The notes under the pieces: generated by a model | Databases searched by the model: none | What the model saw: the letters and a program-made list of their open reading frames with translations, nothing else | Told to the model about the DNA's origin: nothing | Program-made: the position numbers and the translations under genes | Shown here: positions 18,961 through 28,043 of the stretch, one piece after another | How the letters are laid out: the number at the start of each line of letters is the position of its first letter | Numbering within the stretch: the stretch's first letter is position 1 | NCBI GenBank assembly: GCA_964401135.1 | Contig: CAYNXC010000001.1 | Location: 72,775-120,777 of the forward strand | From: an uncultured Candidatus Saccharibacteria bacterium | Lineage (GTDB): Bacteria; Patescibacteriota; Minisyncoccia; Phycocordibacterales; UBA9988 | Length of the DNA stretch: 48,003 nucleotides | Direction: 5' to 3'

Positions 18961-19928
18961 CTATCTTTTGTATCCGCAGAGATTTCTGGAGGCCAATTTC
19001 TCAATTCTACCTGCATAACATCCTCTACCGCTAAAGTACGGAGTTGAGTCAGTACATCCTCTGGTAGGGGCCCCATGAGTGCTGCATCAAGCGCATTTTG
19101 AATATGTGAGGACTTGTTACTCCCTACGAGAACTGTTGTAATTGCCGTATTAGAAAGAGCGAAGCGAATGGCAAGTTGCGGTAGCGTGATGCCAAGTTGC
19201 GCTGCGAGCACTGCTGCGCTATCAGAATTCTTTTTTAAATCGGGGAGCGAAGAAGCGAGAAACTGTGACGCGGGAGTCAGCGCTCCCTTCATTAATACAG
19301 AACGATTAATGATACCGAGATCATGCTCCTTTGCTTTAAGGATAACGTTCTTTGCCATACGCTGATCAAGGATGCTATGAGCAAGTTGCAGAGTATCAAA
19401 GAAACCAGATTCAATGGCGGCAAGCGGAGCCTCCTCTCCTCGCGTAGAAATTCCAACGAAGCGAACCTTGCCTGCGTCTTTCAATTTCTGCATCGCATGA
19501 ATGATGCTTCCATTGCGGATCCGTTCTTCCGTGCCGCCGTGTACCTGCACTAATTCAAGGTGATCCAAGCCAAATGTGCGCAGACTTGCTTCTACCTCAG
19601 AGACCATCGCCCGGGCTAGTTCAGCATCACTGATAGTTTCTCCCCTATCAAGAATATGCCCGCACTTAGTGCTCACGATGATTCCGGGTAGATGTTGTAT
19701 ACCAGAAGCAGCAATTCGTTCTTCGGCAAGTTGATAGTAGGGAGCAGTATCTATAAACGTTATTCCTGCTTCTACAATCTGACATAAAAACTGTACTGCT
19801 TCTTCATGAGAAGGCAGAGTGCGTGGACCTAATCCATAGAGATAGCCGATAACAGTCGTCCCAAGACCAATCTCTGATATGGAGAGCTCGGTACGTCCAA
19901 GCCTACGCTGCGCAACTTTTTGTGACAT
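18951..19928 (-). CDS. Aldo/keto reductase family oxidoreductase
   Basis: 325-aa ORF with the N-terminal motif RRLGRTELSISEIGLGT, then FIDTAPYY and later LVQVHG. Confidence 0.75.
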   Translation of the reverse strand: MSQKVAQRRLGRTELSISEIGLGTTVIGYLYGLGPRTLPSHEEAVQFLCQIVEAGITFIDTAPYYQLAEERIAASGIQHLPGIIVSTKCGHILDRGETISDAELARAMVSEVEASLRTFGLDHLELVQVHGGTEERIRNGSIIHAMQKLKDAGKVRFVGISTRGEEAPLAAIESGFFDTLQLAHSILDQRMAKNVILKAKEHDLGIINRSVLMKGALTPASQFLASSLPDLKKNSDSAAVLAAQLGITLPQLAIRFALSNTAITTVLVGSNKSSHIQNALDAALMGPLPEDVLTQLRTLAVEDVMQVELRNWPPEISADTKDRKK

Positions 19929-19964
19929 CGGTTAACTATAAGCACAATGAAGTAGTAACGCAAA

Positions 19965-19996
19965 TTAAAACCCCACCCGCTGTAGCGGATGGGGTT
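19965..19996 (-). terminator. Rho-independent terminator after the KdsC-like gene
   Basis: ccccacccgc (19971..19980), loop tgta, gcggatgggg (19985..19994). On the minus strand this is a 10-bp stem with one G-U pair, followed by TTTTAATTT. Confidence 0.65.
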
Positions 19997-20010
19997 GTGC
20001 GAACACGAAT

Positions 20011-20601
20011 TTAGAATGGTCGCAATGTTGTCTGGTCAATTCCGCGGACACGGAGGATCTCGTTTGCAAAGTCTCGTACCGCACCATTACCTGCTGGACG
20101 GATACTCACATAGTCTGCCATATCCAGGATAACTTTCTCTGCGGTGGCAGGAGCAGCCCGGAACCCAACAACGATAAGCAGTGGAACATCAACCAGATCA
20201 TCCCCCATTGCGGCACAGTGTTCAGGATCAATTGAGAGAGCAGTGAGCCACTTTTTCACTGCATCCCGCTTGGCATTATGCCCCACTCCTGTGAAGAGTT
20301 TGATAGGGTACCATCCTCCTTGGCCCAAGGGTATCTGTGCCGAGGGAAGTCTGTTCCACTTATCTACGAGAAATCGTGCAGCAATCGCATTCTGCTCGCT
20401 CTCGTTCGTTGCAATAGCAATACGGAGACCAATGTCACGCAAGAGAGAGATCCCCTGCCCATCATAGTGACTTCTTGATTTAACGATAGCTCCATCTGGA
20501 TAGCCGATTTCTTCCGTGTTGTCAGTACATACCCCGTCAAAATCAAGGACGAGCGCCTTGAGAGCGAGGAGTCTCTGGATGCGGACCTGCAAATCAAGCA
20601 T
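20011..20601 (-). CDS. KdsC-family HAD phosphatase (ulosonate-phosphate phosphatase-like)
   Basis: Motif I is LVLDFDGVCTDN and motif IV is MGDDLVDVPLLIVVGFRAAPATA. The start is chosen at M23 (ATG 20601), which has GGAGGG 8 nt upstream. The track start at 20667 would overlap the SDR gene. Confidence 0.75.
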   Translation of the reverse strand: MLDLQVRIQRLLALKALVLDFDGVCTDNTEEIGYPDGAIVKSRSHYDGQGISLLRDIGLRIAIATNESEQNAIAARFLVDKWNRLPSAQIPLGQGGWYPIKLFTGVGHNAKRDAVKKWLTALSIDPEHCAAMGDDLVDVPLLIVVGFRAAPATAEKVILDMADYVSIRPAGNGAVRDFANEILRVRGIDQTTLRPF

Positions 20602-20641
20602 TACTAAACCCTCCTTTTTTTCAAATATGTCTTCGTTTATT

Positions 20642-21436
20642 CTACCACGCGGTCTTCCCTCCGTCAACGACTAGATTTGCCCCAGTCATCATAGTTGACG
20701 CATCAGAACAGAGAAAGATAATAGGCCCAGAATATTCCCCATACTCCGCCATACGGCCAAGCATATTTGCTCCGCCGTAGCTCTCCACAAAATCTTTCGG
20801 GAGTGTATCCATGCGCATCCCCGTAGGAGAAAAGGCATTCACTCGCACACCAAAGCGTCCGAGCCGTGCTGCCCACTGACGGGTGAGCCCGAGGATACCT
20901 GACTTAGTCGTCGTGTAGGCAATAGACTTAAAGCGTTTTTCGTCTGGATCGTTATATACACGGTGGTCATGCGCAATGAGTGAGAGGTCGGATGCAACAT
21001 TAACAATTGATCCAGACTTTTGCTTCATCATTATGGGTGCAACAGCTTTTGTACAGATCATGGTACCCGTTAAGTTTACGGCGAGCTCTTTCTCCCATAG
21101 TCCGATGTGGTACTCTTCATAGGGCACAAAGGCTTGTGCTGCATTTTTTGCTCCTACGGCAGGATTGAGTGCCGCGTTGTTGATGAGTGCATCTATCTTC
21201 CCAAATTTTTTTATAATCTTTTTGACTGCAGTTTGGACAGCTTTCTCTGAAGTAATGTCTACATTCTCATAGATGACTCCAGAAACAGGAGTCGCAGGCC
21301 GACCGGTATCCCACACAACCACCTGCGCTCCACCGTGAGAAAGTGCCTCTGCGTACTGTGCTCCTAAATACCCCACGCCACCAGTGAGGATGACTACTTT
21401 CCCGTGCACAGAAAACAGTAATATATTTTTTTTCAT
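20642..21436 (-). CDS. Short-chain dehydrogenase/reductase (SDR)
   Basis: 264-aa ORF with TGGVGYLG (TGxxxGxG), NNAA, and the catalytic YTTTK (YxxxK). Confidence 0.8.
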   Translation of the reverse strand: MKKNILLFSVHGKVVILTGGVGYLGAQYAEALSHGGAQVVVWDTGRPATPVSGVIYENVDITSEKAVQTAVKKIIKKFGKIDALINNAALNPAVGAKNAAQAFVPYEEYHIGLWEKELAVNLTGTMICTKAVAPIMMKQKSGSIVNVASDLSLIAHDHRVYNDPDEKRFKSIAYTTTKSGILGLTRQWAARLGRFGVRVNAFSPTGMRMDTLPKDFVESYGGANMLGRMAEYGEYSGPIIFLCSDASTMMTGANLVVDGGKTAW

Positions 21437-22263
21437 AGATGAGAAGCAATAAGATTTTTTACAAAAGTACGCTGTGTATCAGCATTATTGAGATACTCCG
21501 CACCTCGCCACGCCTGTAAAGTAAACTGCCCATGGTATCCCACATCTTTCAATGCTTTGAAGGATTCTCCAAACGGTACAGCTCCCTTCCCGAGCAATGT
21601 AGAAGCTCCTCCGAGCACCCGATCTTTGATATGGACTAATGTAATCGCATTACCAAGTTGTCGGATTTCTGCGGGGATATCAACCCCGTAGGAAGCGGCA
21701 TTCCCTAGATCATAGCAGACACCAACATTCGGTCCACAAGCAGAGACAAATGAGAGTAATTCAGGAGCGGGCATCTCAGTCTCAAGGGCAATGCGTAAGC
21801 CAAGTGCCTGTGCCTGCGTAGCGAGTTTATAGATCGTCGCCTGTGATTCTTTTTTTTCTTCTTCTGAATGAGGAGCAAATTTCTCTACCAGTGGGATAGA
21901 GACAATCGCACTGGCAAGTCGAGGAGCAAGTGCAGGGAGAAGCGTAGGGAAGTCGGCAAGGGTACGCTCTGCCGCAGGACCAAAAGTTCCATAACATCCG
22001 CAGTCAATAGAACCGATTGGGAGCATTCCCCGTGCACGATCAATCTTTTCAACTATTTCTGGCTTACCCCACACATCACAAATAGGGTCAAAGTGAGGGA
22101 CATCTACATCCAAAAACCAATCAATGGAGTCAAAGCCGTGCTCCTGTGCAATTGAGAATTCGTCTTCCCAGATAGGAGGGAAAAATTGAAAACGACCGTC
22201 GAGAGAAGGAGAGAGTCTCCCCTGCATAATACTGATGGGATACATAGCGAAGTATAATGTCAC
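21433..22263 (-). CDS. Xylose-isomerase-like TIM-barrel protein (sugar phosphate isomerase/epimerase family)
   Basis: 276-aa ORF with IALETE, LVHIKD and GQFTLQAW-type motifs. The start could instead be one of the internal Met residues (M7 or M13). Confidence 0.6.
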   Translation of the reverse strand: MTLYFAMYPISIMQGRLSPSLDGRFQFFPPIWEDEFSIAQEHGFDSIDWFLDVDVPHFDPICDVWGKPEIVEKIDRARGMLPIGSIDCGCYGTFGPAAERTLADFPTLLPALAPRLASAIVSIPLVEKFAPHSEEEKKESQATIYKLATQAQALGLRIALETEMPAPELLSFVSACGPNVGVCYDLGNAASYGVDIPAEIRQLGNAITLVHIKDRVLGGASTLLGKGAVPFGESFKALKDVGYHGQFTLQAWRGAEYLNNADTQRTFVKNLIASHL

Positions 22264-22300
22264 TTTCTATGTAAGCAGTCAAGGCTCACTCAAAAAGGTC

Positions 22301-22328
22301 TTGTAATTTTTAAAAAATGATGTATAAC
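22301..22328 (+). promoter_or_regulatory. Candidate promoter for the radical SAM / flippase transcript
   Basis: TTGTAA (22301..22306), a 16-nt AT-rich spacer, then TATAAC (22323..22328). The purine-rich AGGAAGAG lies just before the ATG at 22393. Confidence 0.4.
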
Positions 22329-22392
22329 TTATAGTAGAAATGGATCCTTGAGATTCGTTATATTTGTCTAGAAAAGAAAGGAAAGGAAGAGA

Positions 22393-24039
22393 ATGGCACA
22401 GATATCCCTCACCCCGTATACAGCACGAGAGTATGTGAAAGCACTTCCACCAGATACGCTAAGAGGGCTCAAGATACTCTTCATCAACATGCCTCTCCGC
22501 GAGTCTGCGCGGCCAAATACTCCTCCGCAGGGTCCAGGGCTGCTCGCGGCACGGCTCCGTCGCTACGGCGCAGAACCAACAATCGTGGACATTAATGCGT
22601 ATCGTATCCGAGATGAAGCGGCAGAGACGCGAGGGCTCCCCTACGGGAGGCATCTCAGTATAGAGGAGACGAGGGGCTTACTCTCTCGGCATATCAACAA
22701 GCACGGGGAGCCGCATATCATTGCCCTCTCAGGGATGATTACCACACTCCGTTGGCAAGAGCATGTTGTCTCAATGTGTAGAGCACTCGTCCCCGGAGCC
22801 TTCATTGTCTCTGGTGGCGGGCTGGCAACCGATATCAAAATGGGTCTCTTTCAGTGGATGCCTGAGCTTGATGCAATCGTACACTCTGAAGGAGACGACA
22901 TGATGCTTGTCCTCGCACACCGTTTCAAAATCGGCATTCTGGACGAGATGAGTCACTACTGTGTTGGGATGCACGATGGACGTCTGCACTTCCTCTTCGC
23001 AGGAGATCGTCCAGAAAATCTGGACGATCTCCCCTACGCCGCATGGGACTTACTCCACGAAGATGTTGATGGTCATCCACTACTTGAGTGGTATATCCAG
23101 ACACCGGTCTGGGGAGGTTCTGCCAACAACAGTTCAGCAACCCCCTTCACGATGGAGCGAAGTTTGACAACAGTGTCTAGCCGCGGTTGTCCTTATGCTT
23201 GCGGGTTCTGTGACAGACAAGCGCAGGGTGAGCGGAACTACGGGATGCGTAGTGCCGAGAGTCTTGCGCAAGAAGCCGAGTGGCTTGTCACAAGCTACAG
23301 AATTGATTTTCTCGGATTCCCTGATGATAATTTTGCAGTAGATCCACGACGCACAAAAAAGCTCCCTGAGGTATTTGCTCCACTCAAGGGATTACGCTGT
23401 GGCACTCATACGCGTCTTGATGAAATTGACGCACGAGCCTTTGATATGGCTCGTGCAGGATGTATCTACATTGGAGTAGGAGCAGAGAGTGCAGCAGTAC
23501 GGACTTTGGAATCTATGAACAAGGGGGGATTTATTCTCCGTCCGCGGGGAAGTAAAGAAAATCAACTCACCAAGATTAATGGGTTCCACTTTCCCACAAC
23601 GATGGTACGCGGGATTGAGACTGCACAGGAAGCAGGTATCCATGTCAACTGCACATGGATTATGGCTTACCCAGAAGAGACATTAGAGGATCTCAAGACC
23701 AGCGTCGGGTTCATTCTGTGGCAAGGAGAAACATCACCTCCTTCTGCGGTAAACAAAAAGATGTTTGTCGCTACGGCCTACCCCGGCACAGAGATGTTCC
23801 GTCATCCAAAAGTGAAGCGTCTCATCTCAGAACACTTTGACGTCCGCTACCAAGGGGACGGCACCCCCATCGCTGATGAAGCGTTCCATTCGTACTTGCT
23901 CGAATTGGATGATGCCACTAAAGTCATGTACGGAAGAGACGGCTCCCCACTCAATTTTGGCGAGATGTCAGATGATGACTTTTTGCAGGCACGAGAGTAC
24001 GTCAATTCCGGACAAATTGAACGAATTTTGGACATGTAG
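22393..24039 (+). CDS. B12-binding-domain radical SAM enzyme (class B-like)
   Basis: 548-aa ORF with the CxxxCxxC cluster in SSRGCPYACGFCD. The N-terminal roughly 200 aa is Rossmann-like (ILFINMP..., IIALSGMITT...), as in cobalamin-binding radical SAM proteins. Confidence 0.75.
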   Translation: MAQISLTPYTAREYVKALPPDTLRGLKILFINMPLRESARPNTPPQGPGLLAARLRRYGAEPTIVDINAYRIRDEAAETRGLPYGRHLSIEETRGLLSRHINKHGEPHIIALSGMITTLRWQEHVVSMCRALVPGAFIVSGGGLATDIKMGLFQWMPELDAIVHSEGDDMMLVLAHRFKIGILDEMSHYCVGMHDGRLHFLFAGDRPENLDDLPYAAWDLLHEDVDGHPLLEWYIQTPVWGGSANNSSATPFTMERSLTTVSSRGCPYACGFCDRQAQGERNYGMRSAESLAQEAEWLVTSYRIDFLGFPDDNFAVDPRRTKKLPEVFAPLKGLRCGTHTRLDEIDARAFDMARAGCIYIGVGAESAAVRTLESMNKGGFILRPRGSKENQLTKINGFHFPTTMVRGIETAQEAGIHVNCTWIMAYPEETLEDLKTSVGFILWQGETSPPSAVNKKMFVATAYPGTEMFRHPKVKRLISEHFDVRYQGDGTPIADEAFHSYLLELDDATKVMYGRDGSPLNFGEMSDDDFLQAREYVNSGQIERILDM

Positions 24040-24047
24040 TTTCTTAA

Positions 24048-24075
24048 ACCCATTCGCCATGGCGAATGGGTTTTT
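24048..24075 (+). terminator. Rho-independent terminator after the radical SAM gene
   Basis: Perfect palindrome cccattcgccatggcgaatggg (24049..24070) followed by ttttt. Confidence 0.7.
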
Positions 24076-24122
24076 CATTGATTTATGCATCTGGTAAGTC
24101 GTATAATGGCGCGATAGACTCT

Positions 24123-25370
24123 ATGGGAAACCCTCTCGCATATCGGATACTCCGCTCAAGCGAAAAATACTTCAAGACCGATATGGTATACCTCGCAAAA
24201 GGAGGATTTTGGCTTGTGAGCGGGCAGGTGGCAATCTCCGTGTCATCCTTAGGCCTATCAGTCGCATTTGCTAACTTACTCTCTCCGGAGATCTATGGTA
24301 CTTATCGTTATATTCTAACAATCTCTAACTTTCTTGCCATACCAACACTCACTGGTCTCAATGCCGCACTTGCACGATCCGCGGCGCAAAAGATGGATGG
24401 GTCACTCCGAGCCGCTTTCAACACGCGATTACGGTGGGGCTTATTCAGCACTCTGCTAGGTCTTGGTGTTGCGGGGTACTATCTCTGGCAACATGATCTA
24501 GTACTTGCAATGAATATCTTTCTCATTGCTCTATTTGCCCCCTTGTTCTACTCTTGCGAAGTATACTCATACTTTCTCCGTGGTAAAAAACTTTTTAAAG
24601 ATTTTTCACTCTACAGTTCTATCGCAATCATCATCCCCACATCCACGGTCATTGGAACACTCTTTCTCACAAAAAACTTAACACTCATTCTCTTGAGTTA
24701 CTTTATACCATACACAATACTGAAAGGATTTTTCCTATTTCTCACCACTCGGCGCATACCGTCAGCGAGTCCAGTCGATGCAGGGCTTATATCGTATGGA
24801 AAACATTTGAGTGTGATGAGCATATTCGGTGTTGTGGCACAAAATATAGATAAATTCCTACTGTGGCATTACTTAGGAGCTGCACAGCTTGCTGTATATA
24901 CATTTGCGATGTCTCCTGTCAGTAATATGGAAGCGGTCATGGGGAAATTAGATGCGCTCGTCTTTCCAAAAATTGCAGAGCGTGATATCGGAGAGATACG
25001 CAAGACAATTTACGGAAAAACATTTCGAATATTCTTAGTTGTCGCGAGTGTAGTGACGCTCTACATCCTCTGTGCTCCGTTCTTATACTCAATTGCCTTT
25101 CCACAATATCTTGAATCAGTCGCATACTCCCAAGTACTTGCTCTTACATTACTCATTTCCCTCCCGATCATGCTCGTGAGTAATGTATTTATTGCGCACG
25201 CACGAATTCGTGAAAAATATTACCTAAGCCTTATTGGTCCAGGAATAAAGATACTACTTTTTATTGTCTTAATCCCGAGTTATGGCATCTGGGGATTAAT
25301 CTTTGGGACATTAGGATTTCATCTCGTATCGGCTACTGCGTCCATACTCTTTTTTAGGAAGATCGCTTAG
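24123..25370 (+). CDS. Wzx-type oligosaccharide flippase (MOP superfamily)
   Basis: About 12 to 14 hydrophobic helices. The start is placed at ATG 24123 because the track start at 24066 lies inside the terminator hairpin. The 3' end overlaps the convergent GT-C gene by 17 nt. Confidence 0.6.
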   Translation: MGNPLAYRILRSSEKYFKTDMVYLAKGGFWLVSGQVAISVSSLGLSVAFANLLSPEIYGTYRYILTISNFLAIPTLTGLNAALARSAAQKMDGSLRAAFNTRLRWGLFSTLLGLGVAGYYLWQHDLVLAMNIFLIALFAPLFYSCEVYSYFLRGKKLFKDFSLYSSIAIIIPTSTVIGTLFLTKNLTLILLSYFIPYTILKGFFLFLTTRRIPSASPVDAGLISYGKHLSVMSIFGVVAQNIDKFLLWHYLGAAQLAVYTFAMSPVSNMEAVMGKLDALVFPKIAERDIGEIRKTIYGKTFRIFLVVASVVTLYILCAPFLYSIAFPQYLESVAYSQVLALTLLISLPIMLVSNVFIAHARIREKYYLSLIGPGIKILLFIVLIPSYGIWGLIFGTLGFHLVSATASILFFRKIA

Positions 25371-27006
25371 GGCAGTCATACACTGTCCCCATAATATGCC
25401 CAGACTGAGTGCGGAATACTACCGTGCAAGAACGGAAAAAAGATTCATAATAGCTCCCTCCATAGATACGAGGGATATCTACAATGAGAAAGTGCCCATC
25501 GAATTCAGAAAAGCGTGTTTTATGTACAGATTCATACTCTGGTACAGCGTAGAAACGATTTGCATATTTCCCCATACGGGACAACTCATGCGCACCGGTA
25601 TCGTTATAGGTAATTACTGAAGAGATGTCTGAACGAGACTGTACCACCAAAAGTGTTTGCCGAAGTACTCGAGCAGGACTCCCGTTAATGTTCCCCCATT
25701 GATACTCTTCAATAAATACAGCATTGTAGGCTACCCCTAATATGAGGAGGATGATCACTACTGAAGAAACAGAAAAAATACGGAGACGGGCAGTAAGTGC
25801 GAGGAATAAAGAGAGTAAAAATACCACCGCAATGAAGAGGAACGAGACATAAAAACCGATTGGACCAGAACCGCCAGTGAAAGGTATGAGCATATCCCAA
25901 TCCCCATGGAAGACTCGCGCGAACCATTCTTGCTTTGGATAGAGCGGGAGTACGGTCTGATGAAAAAAATTCAGTGCGAAGACCGCGAGAGAGAAGAGCG
26001 TGCCAGCAAGTAAGGTACTTTTAATATTTCTAGATAGAGGAGTTAGTGATGCTAGTATCGATCCTGAGATCGCGGCAAGTGGGATGATGCTGAACATGAG
26101 ATACTTATCAAGTGCGCCACGAGAAAAATCAAAAAGCACAAAGTAGAACAAGGCTCCAAGGATCAGGTAGATAAGGAAGATACGAAGTACACGGAACTGC
26201 GCCCGTGTCCCAAGGAGTAATGGGATCAGTAATAACGGGGAGAGATACTCCAGAGCTTTAATCGCTTGTACAATGACTTGTGTAGTATTTCGTCCTGAAA
26301 GATGAATATATGAGAGTGCATGCGCAAGCATAGCCCCAAGAGAGAATGCGGGAAATAAAAGCGGAGCGACAAACAGTATCAGAAGAAACGATACAGCGAA
26401 AGAGATGGTCACAAAGATGATCTTCAGTAACTCTTGTCGTCTAAACTGAGAGCGTACCGTCAGCACATACTCACAGAGAAAGGCGCCGAGAACAATGACA
26501 AAACTCAACTTCACCATACAGCCAGCAAGTAAGGATGCGCCGAATCCAATAAGCCAGTACCAACGACGCTCCCCTTCAGCTTGTCTCCATCGCTCGTAAC
26601 ACACAAGAGAGAGAAGGAAAAAGAATGGGAGCAGTGCTCCGTCAGTATCAATCATGTGCGAAGCTAGCACGCTATAAAAAGAAATGCTGTATAGAAACAC
26701 AGCAAAAAGAGCGGCCTTATTTCCGACATAGTGTCGAACTATGTATGCAAGTAGAAAAAGGGACAGGGACGAAAAGATGAGAGGGAGGATGCGCAAGTTA
26801 TCTACGCCAACAGCTTTTTCTGCTACAGAGTATGAGAGCTGTGTAAGCGGAGGATGCGCGATTGCGGTACTTCTCGTCTCTACTGCGTGTGCTGTTTTCC
26901 ATTCATCTTGGTGATACGGGAGAGTAAGCCCAGGAAGACGGATGAGTAAAAAGAATATCGCAAGCGCCACAAGTTCAATGTGAAATCGCTTTTTAGATGT
27001 ATTCAT
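25354..27006 (-). CDS. GT-C fold membrane glycosyltransferase (ArnT/PMT, GT39/GT83-like)
   Basis: 550-aa polytopic ORF. The first periplasmic loop carries LPYHQDEWK (a D-E motif). The C-terminal roughly 130 aa appears soluble. Confidence 0.55.
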   Translation of the reverse strand: MNTSKKRFHIELVALAIFFLLIRLPGLTLPYHQDEWKTAHAVETRSTAIAHPPLTQLSYSVAEKAVGVDNLRILPLIFSSLSLFLLAYIVRHYVGNKAALFAVFLYSISFYSVLASHMIDTDGALLPFFFLLSLVCYERWRQAEGERRWYWLIGFGASLLAGCMVKLSFVIVLGAFLCEYVLTVRSQFRRQELLKIIFVTISFAVSFLLILFVAPLLFPAFSLGAMLAHALSYIHLSGRNTTQVIVQAIKALEYLSPLLLIPLLLGTRAQFRVLRIFLIYLILGALFYFVLFDFSRGALDKYLMFSIIPLAAISGSILASLTPLSRNIKSTLLAGTLFSLAVFALNFFHQTVLPLYPKQEWFARVFHGDWDMLIPFTGGSGPIGFYVSFLFIAVVFLLSLFLALTARLRIFSVSSVVIILLILGVAYNAVFIEEYQWGNINGSPARVLRQTLLVVQSRSDISSVITYNDTGAHELSRMGKYANRFYAVPEYESVHKTRFSEFDGHFLIVDIPRIYGGSYYESFFRSCTVVFRTQSGHIMGTVYDCPKRSS

Positions 27007-28043
27007 AGCGTCGCAAAAATTCTATCGGCAAAGGTGTGTAGGCTGTGATGCCTTACCACTTCTTGGCGTAATGAATCTCGGAGCTCTTGCCGCTGGGCTG
27101 TTGGGAGCGCGAGATGCCATCGTAACGCGCGCATAAGATCTTCTGATGCCTGACGCCTCAACATCAGCTCGGGAGAGAGTCCCCCAATGACAGATCGAAA
27201 TGCCTCATTTGCTGTAATGACCGGCACCCCAGCAGAGAGAGCCTCAAGTCCTGCCTTATCTAGACTTCCCGTCGTGCTCATATTGATGCAGAGAGTCATA
27301 GTGGGAAGGATTGTTGCAAGCTCTGTTCTTTTTTTGGGGCCAAGGAATGAGACCATAGACCCTAGCTTTTGCTCGCGCGTAAGTTTTTCACACTCAGCCA
27401 GATACTCGTGATCGTGCGGATAGACTGGTTCTCCAATGCAGGTAAGTGTGATGGGGATTCCCTCTCTTTGTAATTGTGCAAGCGCCTGGAGTGCAAGGAG
27501 TTGACCTTTTGAGGTACTGATACGGCCGACGACAACGAGGCGGAGAGGAGAGACGCCTCCAGTGTTCTCTTGGGGAGAAAAGAGATCTGTGTCTATCGCT
27601 TGTCCAACAACACGGAGCCTGGGAGAACGGATCCGACACCCCTCCGGTGTTGAGGTGAGAATACGATCAGTAAACAGCACTGCGAGGCGGAGCTTCCAGG
27701 TAACTGTTCCATGTGCATACCAGAGAATGACTCGCTTCCCCATTAGTCTCCACCACAGCCCAGCGAGCACAATGTACTCTGGGTTCATATGTACAAATAT
27801 AGTGTCGTACTCGTGCCGCAGATGAAAGGTGAGCGCTAAGAAAGTATATATCTTTTGCAAACGAGAGGCTCCCCTCTCCTTCCCAAGAGAATACACAGGG
27901 AAAGAAGTGCTACCATCCCCCTGCTTCATACAGATAATTGAAACTGTCTTGCAGTGTGAAGAGAGGGCCTTCACCCATGATGGAACAAAGCCTAAAATAC
28001 TGTCCCCCTCATCCCATACCTGTGTGATAAATAAAAGCTTCAT
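27003..28043 (-). CDS. Glycosyltransferase, GT4-like
   Basis: The ATG at 28043 overlaps the upstream stop as ATGA. The N-terminus MKLLFITQVWDEG is typical. The C-terminal motif is TGSLDKAGLEALSAGVPVITANE. Confidence 0.7.
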   Translation of the reverse strand: MKLLFITQVWDEGDSILGFVPSWVKALSSHCKTVSIICMKQGDGSTSFPVYSLGKERGASRLQKIYTFLALTFHLRHEYDTIFVHMNPEYIVLAGLWWRLMGKRVILWYAHGTVTWKLRLAVLFTDRILTSTPEGCRIRSPRLRVVGQAIDTDLFSPQENTGGVSPLRLVVVGRISTSKGQLLALQALAQLQREGIPITLTCIGEPVYPHDHEYLAECEKLTREQKLGSMVSFLGPKKRTELATILPTMTLCINMSTTGSLDKAGLEALSAGVPVITANEAFRSVIGGLSPELMLRRQASEDLMRALRWHLALPTAQRQELRDSLRQEVVRHHSLHTFADRIFATL

